Source: Escherichia coli
GTDB lineage: Bacteria; Pseudomonadota; Gammaproteobacteria; Enterobacterales; Enterobacteriaceae
Reading direction: 5' to 3' (one strand)
DNA length: 64,000 nt
Assembly: GCF_030384885.1 (NCBI RefSeq)
Contig: NZ_CP128613.1
How positions within the stretch are numbered: position 1 is the first letter of the stretch; the number at the start of each line of letters is the position of its first letter. This document shows, one piece after another, positions 22,118-33,769 of the stretch. The notes beneath the pieces were generated by a model. It saw nothing but the letters and a program-made list of their open reading frames with translations. It had not been told where the DNA came from and searched no databases. Made by a program: the position numbers and the translations under genes.

Positions 22118-22904
22118 TAAACGTTGGCCAGTGCGGCTGTTGGTGCCAGATAGCCAGGTTAACCAACAGCCCTGCCGGAACGTGCATATTATTCATAATG
22201 CCCAGCGTTCCGGCGTCCACCTGAGTCGCGCCGTAGTTCCACATAAAGTAGCCAATACCGGAAGCCACCACGCCAAGAAACACCAGAATGCCCCATTGCA
22301 GCGTGGTTTGCGGCATTTTCTGCGCATTTCCCAGCAAGAACCATGCAATCACCGCCACCAGGAACGCGCCAAGATAGAACCACGCAAAGGCGTTATGCTG
22401 CGGCATCGGGCGAGTTTCCATCAGGCGTTTGTAACCCACCATGCCGATGGCAAAAGTGATATTGGAGAGTTGTACCAGTAACAGGCCGGTCCAGAAGTGG
22501 TCGGTGACCTGATCATAGCGAATAATTCCGGCACCAATCACCGCCAACAAGGCGCTAAAAGCATAGCCCCAGCGCAGACGGCGCTTACTCATGATGTCAT
22601 AAATCAGCGTGATGTAGAGCGGAGTCAGTACGGTGAACAGCAACAGCTCGGAGACCGTCAGGTAGAGATAGGCGCGAAAACTCAGCATATACATCACGCC
22701 AAGCTGCATCGCGCCCACCAGCATATACAGGCCAACCGTTTTCAGGCTATTGCCACGGGTACGCAGAAACGGCAGAAACACGAGTGCCGCCAGGCCAACG
22801 CGCACCAGCACTGCAAAATAGCTATCGACGTGCCCCGCAAGGTACTCGCCATAAAAGCTAAAGGAGAAGGCCCACAGAATCGTGGTGATGATAAGTAGCG
22901 CCAC
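22005..22904 (-). CDS. yigM: Biotin transporter YigM (BioP), EamA/DMT family
   Basis: 299 aa 10-TM protein; 3' end overlaps the metR 3' end convergently by 113 bp. Confidence 0.85.
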   Translation of the reverse strand: MALLIITTILWAFSFSFYGEYLAGHVDSYFAVLVRVGLAALVFLPFLRTRGNSLKTVGLYMLVGAMQLGVMYMLSFRAYLYLTVSELLLFTVLTPLYITLIYDIMSKRRLRWGYAFSALLAVIGAGIIRYDQVTDHFWTGLLLVQLSNITFAIGMVGYKRLMETRPMPQHNAFAWFYLGAFLVAVIAWFLLGNAQKMPQTTLQWGILVFLGVVASGIGYFMWNYGATQVDAGTLGIMNNMHVPAGLLVNLAIWHQQPHWPTFITGALVILASLWVHRKWVAPRSSQTADDRRRDCALSE

Positions 22905-22979
22905 AATGGAAAACTCTTTGATTAACGAGTATCCATTGTAGCGAAGTATCAGGTTGACAACTGACCAAATAAAGAACGA

Positions 22980-23780
22980 TTACGATAAATAGAGTTTACG
23001 CAGATAATGCGGCACCGCGTCTTCGGCATTAGTACCAATCACTTCCAGCTCCGGATGCAGATCTTTCAGACGCTGGTGCGCACTGCCCATAATGCAGCCT
23101 TTACCTGCCATCGACAGCATTTCGGCGTCGTTCATCCCGTCACCAAAGGCAATACAATCTTTCAGACTGTAGCCCAGTTTCTTCGCCACCGCTTCCAGGG
23201 CATGGCCTTTTGAAACGCCGCCCGCCATCACTTCCAGACAAGTTAGGGTAGAGAAACTGACATTGACGCGATCGCCCCAACGAGCGTTGATTGCCTGTTC
23301 CAGCGGCAGCAGTTGTTCATGAGAATCACAGGTGAAGAACACTTTACTGACGCCTTCCGGATCCAGTAATCCTGGCTCATACAGCGCATACTTGAACACC
23401 GCTTCTTTAAAAAAGCGCATCTCTTCCGGGCGGTGGCGATTCATAAACCATTCGTCGTCGCGATAAACGTTAGTAATGATGTCCGGGTTGTCGTTGACCA
23501 CGCCAAACAGATCGCTGGCAATGTCGCGATCCAGGTTATGAGCAAAAATCAGATTGCCATCCAGATCGTGAACACGCGCGCCATTGGAGGTAATCATGTA
23601 AGACTTAATCTCCAGATTATCGCGAATTTGCCCTACATCAACGTGGTGGCGACCGGTCGCAAACACAAAGTTAATGCCGCGCGCGGTGAGGAGCTTCAGA
23701 GTTTCTTTGGCGTAAGGGGATAACGTATGGTCGGGAGAAAGTAACGTGCCATCTAAATCAGACGCAACAACCTGGTACAT
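22980..23780 (-). CDS. yigL: HAD-family phosphatase YigL
   Basis: ORF 22980..23906; start trimmed to MYQVVASDLDGTLLSPDHTL (266 aa; HAD DxDGT motif). Confidence 0.85.
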   Translation of the reverse strand: MYQVVASDLDGTLLSPDHTLSPYAKETLKLLTARGINFVFATGRHHVDVGQIRDNLEIKSYMITSNGARVHDLDGNLIFAHNLDRDIASDLFGVVNDNPDIITNVYRDDEWFMNRHRPEEMRFFKEAVFKYALYEPGLLDPEGVSKVFFTCDSHEQLLPLEQAINARWGDRVNVSFSTLTCLEVMAGGVSKGHALEAVAKKLGYSLKDCIAFGDGMNDAEMLSMAGKGCIMGSAHQRLKDLHPELEVIGTNAEDAVPHYLRKLYLS

Positions 23781-23787
23781 AAGAAAT

Positions 23788-24810
23788 TTAAACCTCTGTA
23801 GAGCGGTTTCCGCTGGGTGAGTTATGCCTGTTGAAAAAATCAACAATGGCGTGGAGCGCGACTGAGCGCATTGCGTCCTTTTCAAAAAGGATCTCATGGT
23901 ACGCACCTTTAATTACCAGCGGTCGTCCTCCTTCGACAGGATGGCCCGCAGCGGTGCGGAGTTCACAAAAACGGTCGTGCATGCGGTTATCCACCACGCG
24001 TTCCTCTTCAGCCTGCAAGAGAAGCGTTGGCGTGGCGTCATCACCCGCACCGGCTAACACCTGTTCGCCAGCCAGAATACTTTCGCGTACCCAATGGTAG
24101 GTCGGCCCACCGACGCGAATCGTTGGGTCATCAGCATAGAAGCGTAAGTTACGTCGATATCGCTGTCTGCTGTGGGTCAGTACGTTGATAGCAAACGGCA
24201 ACGCGCGCCAGCGCCCGGTGCCTATTGCATAGCCATCACGGAAACGTGGATGTGCTTCGGCCCAGTTAAGGATCTGCCGCGCCATAAATGACGGCATACG
24301 AATCACGATCCCAAACATTGGTGCAGTTAGCGCAATGGCGTCACATACACCTGGATGGCGTTGCAGAAATAACGTGGAGATCGCACCGCCCATCGAATGT
24401 GCCAGTATATAGCGCTTACGCCACGGACCGGGCTGGACCTCCTGTTGCCAGAATGCCGCCAGATCATCAACATAATCATTGAAGCGATTAACATGCCCAA
24501 GATGCGGATCGGCTAACAGGCGACCGGAACGTCCCTGCCCGCGATGGTCGATGATTAAGACATCAAACCCCAAATGGAACAGGTCGTAGGCCAGTTCCGC
24601 ATATTTTACGTAGCTCTCAATACGCCCCGGGCAGATGACTACCACCCGGTCATGGTGCTGTGCGCGAAAACGGACAAAGCGCACCGGAATGTCATCTACA
24701 CCAGTAAACTCTGCTTCATCACGCTGACGCCAGAAATCAGTCAGCGGTCCCATGGTAAAAGCAGCAAACGCGTTTTCTCTTGTTTCCCAGTCTTTTTGCT
24801 GCTGAAACAT
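23788..24810 (-). CDS. pldB: Lysophospholipase L2
   Basis: 340 aa MFQQQKDWETRENAFAAFTMGPLTDFWRQRDEAEF...; lipase GHSMGG motif. Confidence 0.9.
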   Translation of the reverse strand: MFQQQKDWETRENAFAAFTMGPLTDFWRQRDEAEFTGVDDIPVRFVRFRAQHHDRVVVICPGRIESYVKYAELAYDLFHLGFDVLIIDHRGQGRSGRLLADPHLGHVNRFNDYVDDLAAFWQQEVQPGPWRKRYILAHSMGGAISTLFLQRHPGVCDAIALTAPMFGIVIRMPSFMARQILNWAEAHPRFRDGYAIGTGRWRALPFAINVLTHSRQRYRRNLRFYADDPTIRVGGPTYHWVRESILAGEQVLAGAGDDATPTLLLQAEEERVVDNRMHDRFCELRTAAGHPVEGGRPLVIKGAYHEILFEKDAMRSVALHAIVDFFNRHNSPSGNRSTEV

Positions 24811-24920
24811 CGGGTAATCTGCCTCTTAAACCACGTAAAATCGTTTTTTTAAGCGTGCCTGACACAACGCTTCGACAGTAGCGTATTGTGGCACAAAAAT
24901 AGACACACCGGGAGTTCATC

Positions 24921-25541
24921 ATGACCTTAGAATGGTGGTTTGCCTACCTGCTAACATCAATCATTTTAAGCCTGTCGCCAGGCTCTGGTGCAATCAACAC
25001 CATGACCACCTCGCTCAACCACGGTTATCGTGGTGCGATGGCGTCTATTGCCGGTTTGCAGACGGGGCTGGCAATACATATTGTGCTGGTTGGCGTGGGT
25101 TTAGGAACGCTATTTTCCCGCTCAGTGATTGCGTTTGAAGTGTTGAAGTGGGCAGGTGCAGCTTATTTGATTTGGCTGGGAATACAGCAGTGGCGCGCCG
25201 CTGGCGCAATTGATCTTAAATCGTTGGCCTCAACCCAATCACGCCGACATTTGTTCCAGCGCGCAGTTTTTGTGAATCTCACCAATCCCAAAAGTATTGT
25301 GTTTCTGGCGGCGCTCTTTCCGCAATTCATCATGCCGCAGCAGCCGCAACTGATGCAGTATATCGTGCTCGGCGTCACCACTATTGTGGTCGATATTATT
25401 GTGATGATCGGTTACGCCACCCTCGCCCAACGGATCGCATTATGGATAAAAGGGCCAAAACAGATGAAGGCGCTGAATAAGATTTTCGGCTCGTTGTTTA
25501 TGCTGGTAGGAGCGTTGTTGGCATCGGCGAGACATGCGTGA
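24921..25541 (+). CDS. rhtB: Homoserine/homoserine-lactone efflux protein RhtB (LysE family)
   Basis: 206 aa [31 protein letters not shown]... Confidence 0.9.
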   Translation: MTLEWWFAYLLTSIILSLSPGSGAINTMTTSLNHGYRGAMASIAGLQTGLAIHIVLVGVGLGTLFSRSVIAFEVLKWAGAAYLIWLGIQQWRAAGAIDLKSLASTQSRRHLFQRAVFVNLTNPKSIVFLAALFPQFIMPQQPQLMQYIVLGVTTIVVDIIVMIGYATLAQRIALWIKGPKQMKALNKIFGSLFMLVGALLASARHA

Positions 25542-25549
25542 AAAATAAT

Positions 25550-25579
25550 GTCGGATGCGGCGTAAACGCCTTATCCGAC
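25550..25579. repeat. REP element between convergent rhtB and rhtC
   Basis: GTCGGATGCGGCGTAAACGCCTTATCCGAC palindrome. Confidence 0.5.
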
Positions 25580-25602
25580 TTACTCTGATGACGCGTCTGG
25601 CA

Positions 25603-26223
25603 TCAACGCGAAATAATCAAATGAATGCCAAATCCGGCAAATAACGCCCCGGCAAAACCATCAATCCACTTCGCCAGACGTTGATAACCACGGCGCATTT
25701 GCGGTAGAGCAAACAGGCTGGCAACCACCGTAAACCACGCCAGCGTTTCGACAATAATCAACGCGAAAATGCCCCAGCGCTCAGTGGTGCCGACGTTCTC
25801 ACCAACAAACAATGAGAATACCGAACCAAAGTAGATAATCGCTTTCGGATTGGCGAGATTAGTCAGTAATCCTTTGAGGAAACTACGCCCGCTTTTCGCC
25901 AGCTCGACCTGTGGCGCAGGCGCAGAAACAGCCTCTTTTTTCAGCGCGCCACGCAGCATCTGGTAACCCATCCAGCAAAGATACAGGCCACCGCCCACCA
26001 TAATCAGCGTATGCAGCCAGGCCATTTTTTCGATAATCAAATGCAGGCCAAGCAACGCGATCCCTGCCCAAACCATTACGCCGCAGGTAATGCCCAGCAC
26101 GCCCATCATCGCCTCTTTACGGGAACGACTGACAGCGGTCTGAGAAACAAAGAAGAAATCGGGACCGGGGCTCATAAGCGCCACAATATGAACCATGGCA
26201 ACGGTGAGGAATAACATCAACAT
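25603..26223 (-). CDS. rhtC: Threonine efflux protein RhtC (LysE family)
   Basis: 206 aa MLMLFLTVAMVHIVALMSPGPDFFFVSQTAVSRSRKEAMMGVLG... Confidence 0.9.
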   Translation of the reverse strand: MLMLFLTVAMVHIVALMSPGPDFFFVSQTAVSRSRKEAMMGVLGITCGVMVWAGIALLGLHLIIEKMAWLHTLIMVGGGLYLCWMGYQMLRGALKKEAVSAPAPQVELAKSGRSFLKGLLTNLANPKAIIYFGSVFSLFVGENVGTTERWGIFALIIVETLAWFTVVASLFALPQMRRGYQRLAKWIDGFAGALFAGFGIHLIISR

Positions 26224-26286
26224 ACAATTGACTCGCGGAGAAATCGTTTACGGAGTCTTCATCCTGGCACTTTTTTATGCTGCTGA

Positions 26287-28116
26287 CTACTCTTCGTCAT
26301 CGCCATCGACATGCGCACGGATAAGTGCCATAAACGGTTTGCCAAAGCGTTCCAGCTTGCGCATCCCAACGCCGTTAACGCTGAGCATTTCGCTGGCGGA
26401 GATCGGCATCTGTTCCGCCATCTCAATCAAGGTCGCATCGTTAAACACCACATACGGCGGGACATTACTTTCATCGGCAATCGATTTACGCAGTTTGCGT
26501 AATTTAGCGAACAGTTTACGATCGTAATTGCCGCCGAACGATTTCTGCATCGCCTTCGGTTTAAGCGCCACAATACGCGGCACGGCAAGTTGTAAAGAGG
26601 ATTCGCCGCGCAACACAGGCCGTGCGGCTTCTGTCAGTTGTAATGCCGAATGCTGGGCGATGTTTTGCGTCACCAGACCGAGGTGGATCAACTGGCGGAT
26701 TACGCTCACCCAGTGCTCATGACTTTTATCGCGACCCATGCCGTAGACTTTCAGTTTGTCATGACCATAGTCGCGGATTCGCTGGTTATTGGCGCCGCGA
26801 ATCACTTCCACTACATAGCCCATACCAAAACGCTGATTCACACGACCAATGGTGGAAAGCGCAATCTGCGCATCGGTTGAACCATCGTATTGTTTCGGCG
26901 GATCGAGGCAGATATCGCAGTTCCCGCACGGCTCCTGCCGCCCTTCGCCAAAGTAGTTCAGCAGCACCAGACGACGGCAAGTTTGCGCTTCGGCAAACGC
27001 GCCCATCGCATTGAGTTTATGGCGCTCGATATCCTGCAACTGCCCCTGCGGCTTCTCTTCCAGACAACGGCGCAGCCACGCCATATCAGCCGGATCGTAA
27101 AACAGCATCGCTTCCGCGGGCAGGCCATCACGCCCGGCGCGACCGGTTTCCTGATAATAGGATTCGATATTGCGTGGAATATCAAAGTGAACCACGAAGC
27201 GGACGTTAGGCTTGTTGATGCCCATGCCGAACGCTACCGTCGCCACCACAATTTGCAGGTCATCACGCTGGAATTTTTCCTGCACGTCCGCACGGACATC
27301 GTTTTCAAGCCCGGCGTGATAAGCCGCTGCGCTGATACCCTTGCTTTGCAGACGTGCGGCGGTGTCTTCTACTTTCGCACGACTATTACAGTAAATAATC
27401 CCCGACTTACCGCGTTGTTCCTGCACGTAGCGCATCAACTGATCGAGCGGTTTGAATTTCTCCATCAGCATGTAGCGAATGTTCGGGCGATCAAAACTGC
27501 TGATTTGAATCAGCGGATCGTTCAGCCCCAGCAGGCGCACGATATCCTGCCGCGTGGTGTCGTCGGCGGTGGCGGTTAGCGCCATAAACGGCAGAGTAGG
27601 AAAACGCTGACGCAGCTGACCGAGCGCGGCGTATTCCGGGCGGAAATCGTGCCCCCATTGGGAGATACAGTGCGCTTCATCAACGGCTAATAACACTGGA
27701 TTCCAGTGCGCCAGATGCTCAAGGAAGTTATCCAGCATCAGGCGTTCCGGCGCGATATACAGCAGGCGGATTTGCCCGGTGCGGCAGCCTGTCATTACTT
27801 CAAGCTGCTGCTCGCGGGTTTGCGTCGAGTTAAGGCACGCCGCCGCCACGCCGTTGGCCTGTAGCTGATCCACCTGATCTTTCATCAACGAAATCAGTGG
27901 TGAAACAACCACGGTAAGACCGTTTAGCAGTAAGGCAGGAATTTGATAGCAAAGGGATTTTCCGCCACCAGTGGGCATGACGACCAGGCAATCGCTACCG
28001 GAAAGTACGGTGTCGATAATCTCTTCCTGGCCGGGGCGAAACTGTTGGTAGCCAAAGGTTTCTTGTAAAACCTGTTTAGCCCCGGACTCCAGATTCAACA
28101 CTTCCGCCTGCGCCAC
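26287..28116 (-). CDS. recQ: ATP-dependent DNA helicase RecQ
   Basis: 609 aa [35 protein letters not shown]...; DEAH box, zinc-binding and HRDC regions. Confidence 0.95.
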   Translation of the reverse strand: MAQAEVLNLESGAKQVLQETFGYQQFRPGQEEIIDTVLSGSDCLVVMPTGGGKSLCYQIPALLLNGLTVVVSPLISLMKDQVDQLQANGVAAACLNSTQTREQQLEVMTGCRTGQIRLLYIAPERLMLDNFLEHLAHWNPVLLAVDEAHCISQWGHDFRPEYAALGQLRQRFPTLPFMALTATADDTTRQDIVRLLGLNDPLIQISSFDRPNIRYMLMEKFKPLDQLMRYVQEQRGKSGIIYCNSRAKVEDTAARLQSKGISAAAYHAGLENDVRADVQEKFQRDDLQIVVATVAFGMGINKPNVRFVVHFDIPRNIESYYQETGRAGRDGLPAEAMLFYDPADMAWLRRCLEEKPQGQLQDIERHKLNAMGAFAEAQTCRRLVLLNYFGEGRQEPCGNCDICLDPPKQYDGSTDAQIALSTIGRVNQRFGMGYVVEVIRGANNQRIRDYGHDKLKVYGMGRDKSHEHWVSVIRQLIHLGLVTQNIAQHSALQLTEAARPVLRGESSLQLAVPRIVALKPKAMQKSFGGNYDRKLFAKLRKLRKSIADESNVPPYVVFNDATLIEMAEQMPISASEMLSVNGVGMRKLERFGKPFMALIRAHVDGDDEE

Positions 28117-28247
28117 ATTAACCCCGATTGCCTGAAATAAAAACAGGCGCTATTTTCAGCGCCTGCGCGAGAAACTGCAATGCTTTTAGTCTCTGAGAGG
28201 GTAATCCTGGATGCTGGATTCCAGTTTTGCCTTTCAATCAACTCACA

Positions 28248-29117
28248 TTAGAACAAGTCGTTCAGCATAACCCCCACACCCACACGGGTCTGGTTAAAGT
28301 TATAGTCGATGAGCGATTCGCCATAACCGCTGTAAACCTGGGTATAAAGGCGCACATGCCTGGTGATCGGGTAACTTAAGCCTAACTCCGCACCACCGTA
28401 ACCGGTGTTCCAGTTGTACTGTCCTTTCGCACTCAGCACCGCATCACCCAGGTGATAGCCGATTTTAAGCTGGTAGTAACCCATATATTTGGTGATATCT
28501 GGGTTATCGTCAGTATTCCCCACCACATACCACGGCTTCACCTCTACCAGCCAGTTACCGTTTTCTGCCATCAGACGGGTATAAAGGCGGTTCCAGCTGC
28601 GGGAAGTCGGGTCTGAACGCCCGTTAGAGTCGTGGTTATAACCCATCTCCACATCGCGCAGCGTCCAGCCAGCAAAGCGGTAATCTGTGGCAAAACCAAG
28701 GAACAATTGCGGTTCGTAGTTGGTTTCACGAAACGGTGAAGACTCTTCGCTATTGGACAGTTGCCACCAGGATTTTTGCGTGTAAGAAGCTCCCAACACC
28801 GAATTTGGCCCCAATATTCCGCGCCACAGCGGAAATGCCAGGCTCAACTGGAATTTCACTTCATCCTTACGCGCGTTTTCCGCCCAGTCATAACTGGCGA
28901 TCGCTTCTTTGTTCAGATCGCTGGTTTGGGTGTAGATGAGGTAGTTGGTGTCATAAGGATAGAGCGTGAAAGGATTGTCATGCTCCTGCAGCATATTCGC
29001 AATAATACTGCCACGCACCGCAGGCGCGTCATGCACCTCTTTTACCGTTGCCTCTTGCGCATACACTGCCATTGGCAACATAAACACCGGCAACAACCAG
29101 CCCTGCAGAGTCCGCAT
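28248..29117 (-). CDS. pldA: Outer-membrane phospholipase A
   Basis: 289 aa with signal peptide MRTLQGWLLPVFMLPMAVYA. Confidence 0.95.
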   Translation of the reverse strand: MRTLQGWLLPVFMLPMAVYAQEATVKEVHDAPAVRGSIIANMLQEHDNPFTLYPYDTNYLIYTQTSDLNKEAIASYDWAENARKDEVKFQLSLAFPLWRGILGPNSVLGASYTQKSWWQLSNSEESSPFRETNYEPQLFLGFATDYRFAGWTLRDVEMGYNHDSNGRSDPTSRSWNRLYTRLMAENGNWLVEVKPWYVVGNTDDNPDITKYMGYYQLKIGYHLGDAVLSAKGQYNWNTGYGGAELGLSYPITRHVRLYTQVYSGYGESLIDYNFNQTRVGVGVMLNDLF

Positions 29118-29281
29118 CGGTCGTGTTCTCCGTAACGAATTATTGATTAGATGAATATTTTTCTGCGGGCTATTTTACATACTTAACTCCTTTGCCGTTA
29201 GTTATCCCTTCCTAAAGTAGAAACCAACAAAAAAGAAGCATAAAATCAACATTTCATTAACCAATGAAGTGTAAGGATGAT

Positions 29282-29749
29282 ATGTCTGCCGTACTGACCG
29301 CTGAACAAGCCCTGAAATTAGTGGGTGAGATGTTTGTTTATCACATGCCATTTAACCGTGCGTTAGGGATGGAACTGGAGCGTTACGAAAAAGAGTTCGC
29401 ACAGCTGGCCTTTAAAAATCAGCCAATGATGGTGGGTAACTGGGCGCAAAGCATTTTGCACGGCGGGGTCATTGCGTCGGCGCTGGATGTCGCCGCAGGT
29501 CTGGTGTGCGTGGGAAGTACCTTAACCCGCCACGAAACCATCAGTGAAGATGAACTACGCCAGCGGCTATCGCGGATGGGGACCATTGATCTTCGCGTCG
29601 ATTATCTGCGCCCAGGCAGGGGCGAGCGTTTTACTGCTACCAGTAGTCTGTTGCGTGCAGGCAATAAAGTCGCCGTTGCCCGCGTTGAATTACACAATGA
29701 AGATCAGCTTTATATTGCCAGTGCCACCGCCACCTATATGGTAGGTTGA
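29282..29749 (+). CDS. yigI: Hotdog-fold thioesterase YigI
   Basis: ORF 29264..29749; start trimmed to [25 protein letters not shown] (155 aa). Confidence 0.85.
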   Translation: MSAVLTAEQALKLVGEMFVYHMPFNRALGMELERYEKEFAQLAFKNQPMMVGNWAQSILHGGVIASALDVAAGLVCVGSTLTRHETISEDELRQRLSRMGTIDLRVDYLRPGRGERFTATSSLLRAGNKVAVARVELHNEDQLYIASATATYMVG

Positions 29750-29800
29750 TAACGTAAAAGCAGGTAAACTGCTTTTACCCATAAAAAATGAGTTTTTCCA

Positions 29801-30691
29801 ATGGATATCAAACAAACGCGGCAGGGCGTATTACTCGCTCTTGCCGCTTATTTTATTTGGGGTATTGCGCCAGCGTACTTCAAGCTGATTTACTACGTGC
29901 CCGCCGATGAGATCCTGACGCATCGCGTGATCTGGTCGTTTTTCTTTATGGTGGTGCTGATGAGCATTTGCCGCCAGTGGTCCTATTTAAAAACGCTGAT
30001 TCAGACACCACAGAAAATTTTTATGCTGGCAGTCTCTGCCGTGCTGATTGGTGGCAACTGGCTACTGTTTATCTGGGCGGTGAACAATCACCATATGCTG
30101 GAAGCGAGCCTTGGTTACTTTATTAACCCGCTGGTGAACATTGTGCTGGGGATGATTTTCCTCGGCGAGCGATTCCGCCGGATGCAATGGCTGGCGGTGA
30201 TTCTGGCGATATGTGGTGTATTGGTCCAGCTCTGGACTTTTGGTTCGCTGCCAATCATCGCGCTGGGGCTGGCGTTTAGTTTTGCCTTCTACGGCCTGGT
30301 ACGCAAGAAAATTGCCGTTGAAGCGCAAACCGGCATGTTAATCGAAACCATGTGGCTGCTGCCCGTGGCGGCGATTTACCTGTTTGCTATTGCCGACAGC
30401 TCAACCAGCCATATGGGGCAAAACCCGATGTCGCTGAATTTACTGCTGATCGCCGCCGGTATTGTCACCACCGTGCCACTGTTATGTTTTACCGCAGCAG
30501 CTACACGCTTACGACTCTCAACATTAGGCTTTTTCCAGTACATTGGGCCGACGCTAATGTTCCTGTTGGCAGTGACGTTTTATGGTGAAAAACCGGGAGC
30601 CGATAAGATGGTGACTTTCGCCTTTATTTGGGTAGCGCTGGCAATTTTTGTGATGGATGCGATTTATACGCAGCGTAGAACGTCCAAATAA
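29801..30691 (+). CDS. rarD: EamA/DMT-family transporter RarD
   Basis: 296 aa MDIKQTRQGVLLALAAYFIWGIAPAYFKLIYYVPADEILTHRV... Confidence 0.9.
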   Translation: MDIKQTRQGVLLALAAYFIWGIAPAYFKLIYYVPADEILTHRVIWSFFFMVVLMSICRQWSYLKTLIQTPQKIFMLAVSAVLIGGNWLLFIWAVNNHHMLEASLGYFINPLVNIVLGMIFLGERFRRMQWLAVILAICGVLVQLWTFGSLPIIALGLAFSFAFYGLVRKKIAVEAQTGMLIETMWLLPVAAIYLFAIADSSTSHMGQNPMSLNLLLIAAGIVTTVPLLCFTAAATRLRLSTLGFFQYIGPTLMFLLAVTFYGEKPGADKMVTFAFIWVALAIFVMDAIYTQRRTSK

Positions 30692-30785
30692 AAAATAAAT
30701 ATATTCTGAAAAAATATGCCGACTCTTGCATGAGAGTGGGCATATTGCCATGCTGACAGGAGACTCACACAAGGATGTAAAATTT

Positions 30786-31166
30786 ATGTTGCGTATATTT
30801 ATCCCAACATCTAACGGTAAGATTTCCAGACGTCGTTATATATTTTCATTTATTTTAATAAATTTCATTTTTGCCTTTCTTATTATCTTTTTTAACGATG
30901 GGGACGCAGGTTTTCTTGTTATTGTCTCTACCATCGCACTCCATTATCTCGTCATCAACATGAATTGCCAACGACTCCGTGATAGTGGTTTCATATATAT
31001 AAAAACTTATATTTTTGGTACATTAGCAGTATATATCATCTCTATCATCACAATGATAGCCGAACATTTTGATTGTTCAGGCAATGGTTCGATGATTTTT
31101 TTGATTTGTTATTTTTCCACTTTCAGTATGCTAATGCTTGCACCTACTGATTCATCAAAACAATAG
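30786..31166 (+). CDS. yigG: Small inner-membrane protein YigG (start uncertain; alternative start at 30726)
   Basis: ORF 30726..31166; internal Met gives [24 protein letters not shown]... (126 aa); AT-rich, hydrophobic. Confidence 0.55.
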   Translation: MLRIFIPTSNGKISRRRYIFSFILINFIFAFLIIFFNDGDAGFLVIVSTIALHYLVINMNCQRLRDSGFIYIKTYIFGTLAVYIISIITMIAEHFDCSGNGSMIFLICYFSTFSMLMLAPTDSSKQ

Positions 31167-31179
31167 TTATGGAGTATTT

Positions 31180-31560
31180 ATGAGTAAGGAATATATGAAC
31201 GATGGTTCATTAAGTGAAAAATGGAAATATCGCTTTAGTTTTTATGATCAACATGGCTTTCCTGGATTCTGGGGGGCAACACCAGAATATAAAGCAGCAT
31301 TTAAAGCATTAAAAGTAAGACAACGATTAACTATTCAAATTAATTTCATTGCTTTCTTCTGTTCCTGGATCTATCTATTTGTTCTGGGTTTATGGAAAAA
31401 AGCAATTATAGTTCTATTACTTTGCATTCTATCTCTATTTGTTGGTGCACTAATTGGCGTTAACATTTTGGGAATTGCCGTAGCAGCCTATGTTGCTGTT
31501 AACACGAACAAATGGTTTTATGAGAAAGAGGTAAAAGGGTTAAATACCTGGAGCCTTTGA
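31180..31560 (+). CDS. yigF: Small inner-membrane protein YigF (DUF2628)
   Basis: ORF 31138..31560; internal Met gives MSKEYMNDGSLSEKWKYRFSFYDQHGFPGFWGA... (126 aa). Confidence 0.6.
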   Translation: MSKEYMNDGSLSEKWKYRFSFYDQHGFPGFWGATPEYKAAFKALKVRQRLTIQINFIAFFCSWIYLFVLGLWKKAIIVLLLCILSLFVGALIGVNILGIAVAAYVAVNTNKWFYEKEVKGLNTWSL

Positions 31561-31602
31561 ATAACTGGTGGCTTAGCCGGGCTAAACCACCACTCTCGTT
31601 TT

Positions 31603-32553
31603 TTACAACCAGTTCTTCCGTTTAAAGTACAGATACGGTGCCAGGCCCGCGAGGATCATAAAGATAATCGCGCCTGGGTAGCCGAAGCTCCACTTCAGTT
31701 CCGGCATAAACTCAAAGTTCATCCCGTAGCTGGAAGCGACCAGCGTCGGTGGCAGGAACACCACGGATACCACCGAGAAGATTTTGATGATGCGGTTCTG
31801 CTCGATATTGATAAAGCCCATCGCCGCCTGCATCAGGAAGTTCACCTTCTGGAACAGGGATTCGTTATGCGGCAGCAGGGATTCGATATCTCGCAGGATT
31901 TCACGCGCCTGCTCCAGTTGCCCACCCGGTAAGCGTGCTTTACGTACCAGGAAGTTGAGCGCGCGCTGGGTATCCATCAGACACAGGCGAACTTTCCAGC
32001 CGATATCTTCCAGCTCCGCCAGTGTGGAGAGTGCTTCGTCGTACTCATCGCCCTGATGCCCTTCCATAATTACCCGGCTCAACTGCTCCAGGTCGCTGTA
32101 GATATTTTCAATTTCATCTGCCAACTGTTCGATTTTGGTTTCGAACAGATCCAGCAGCAGCTCGTAGGCGTTACCGTCCACCATTGACTGGCTACGGGCG
32201 CGCATACGATACAGACGAAAAGCGGGCAGTTCACGCTCACGCAGAGTAAACAGACGACCATCACGGATGGTAAATGCCACAGTGGAGTTACCGGCGTGAT
32301 CTTCCGCATCTTCAAAGAAGAAGAAGGAGTGAATATGCAGGCCGTCATCGTCTTCAAAGAAACGTGCAGATGCTTCGATGTCTTCCAGTTCCGGGCGGGT
32401 TGCCAGGCTCTGGCCAAGTTCAGATTGTACGCGCAGTCGCTCGTCGTCATCCGGTTCGACAAGATCAATCCATACTGCATTTACAAGGGGTTGTGACTCT
32501 TCGACTTCCAGCCGGGTCAGTCGGTTATTTTCCAGTTGAAATGCGCTCAGCAT
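31603..32553 (-). CDS. corA: Magnesium/cobalt transporter CorA
   Basis: ORF 31603..32568; start trimmed to [15 protein letters not shown] (316 aa); GMN motif ([11 protein letters not shown]). Confidence 0.95.
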   Translation of the reverse strand: MLSAFQLENNRLTRLEVEESQPLVNAVWIDLVEPDDDERLRVQSELGQSLATRPELEDIEASARFFEDDDGLHIHSFFFFEDAEDHAGNSTVAFTIRDGRLFTLRERELPAFRLYRMRARSQSMVDGNAYELLLDLFETKIEQLADEIENIYSDLEQLSRVIMEGHQGDEYDEALSTLAELEDIGWKVRLCLMDTQRALNFLVRKARLPGGQLEQAREILRDIESLLPHNESLFQKVNFLMQAAMGFINIEQNRIIKIFSVVSVVFLPPTLVASSYGMNFEFMPELKWSFGYPGAIIFMILAGLAPYLYFKRKNWL

Positions 32554-32922
32554 GACCGGGACTCCCAATGCTTAAAATATCGGACAGTTCGGTGGGCACA
32601 CAGAAACAAATTGGGTTTCAGACCATTAAACAGCCTGACTCAGCGCGACGGGAAAAATTGAGGTCGCTGACAACCGCTAAGGCTATCAGCAAAAAGGGAT
32701 AGCCTTAGGAGTTGATCCTGAATGACAGGATAGTGAGCCAGTATCTACTGGGTGTGTCCAAGGCGAATGTCCTCTTAGAGTGATCGTGCGCGCATGTTAC
32801 GCCAGCAAAATTTTGCCGTCAACACGCAACAGAACACCACAGAACAATAGTTGAACTTCGCGCTTTTTGGTACTCGTCAAGGTCGCTAACAGGATAAAAA
32901 AATCCCACATCCAGGACCTATA

Positions 32923-33687
32923 ATGGCGCATCGGCTACTCATTGGTAAAGGAATGATCACCTTGAATCTCAAACGGATTTTTCTCGCCCTCACCTTACTT
33001 CCCTTGTTTGCTGTTGCCGCTGATGATTGCGCATTATCAGATCCGACACTGACCGTACAGGCGTATACCGTTAATCCTCAAACAGAGCGGGTGAAAATGT
33101 ACTGGCAAAAAGCCAATGGCGAAGCGTGGGAAACGTTACATGCGCTGCTGACGGATATTAATAGTCAGGGTCAGGTGCAAATGGCGATGAACGGCAGCAT
33201 CTATGATGAAAGCTATGCGCCGCTCGGTTTGTACATCGAAAACGGTCAGCAGAAGGTGGCGTTAAATCTCGCTTCAGGTGAAGGGAATTTCTTTATCCGT
33301 CCTGGCGGTGTGTTTTATGTCGCGGGAGATAAAGTCGGTATCGTTCGTCTGGATGCCTTTAAAACCAGTAAAGAGATTCAGTTCGCGGTGCAGTCAGGGC
33401 CAATGTTGATGGAAAACGGCGTAATTAATCCGCGTATTCATCCCAACGTCGCCTCACGCAAAATTCGTAACGGTGTTGGGATTAATAAACAAGGGAACGC
33501 CGTGTTTTTGTTGAGCCAGCAGGTGACAAATTTTTATGATTTTGCCTGTTATGCCAAAGCGAAACTGAACGTTGAGCAACTGCTTTATCTTGATGGCACG
33601 ATTTCACATATGTATGTGAAAGGCGGGGCAATCCCGTGGCAACGCTATCCTTTTGTTACCATGATTTCCGTCGAGCGGAAAGGTTAA
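32923..33687 (+). CDS. yigE: DUF2233-family secreted protein YigE
   Basis: 254 aa with signal-like N-terminus, recognised as YigE. Confidence 0.8.
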   Translation: MAHRLLIGKGMITLNLKRIFLALTLLPLFAVAADDCALSDPTLTVQAYTVNPQTERVKMYWQKANGEAWETLHALLTDINSQGQVQMAMNGSIYDESYAPLGLYIENGQQKVALNLASGEGNFFIRPGGVFYVAGDKVGIVRLDAFKTSKEIQFAVQSGPMLMENGVINPRIHPNVASRKIRNGVGINKQGNAVFLLSQQVTNFYDFACYAKAKLNVEQLLYLDGTISHMYVKGGAIPWQRYPFVTMISVERKG

Positions 33688-33769
33688 GCATTGTACACTC
33701 GAGGAGGCCAGACAAACTGGGACTGGCTACACAGCTGGAAAATCATCAGATAAATGAAGGGAAACAAAA

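Noticed and set aside
28141-28165. Hairpin CAGGCGC-tattttca-GCGCCTG between pldA and recQ
   Set aside because: Plausibly the pldA terminator, but it lies within the probable recQ promoter/leader and I could not assign strand or function with confidence.
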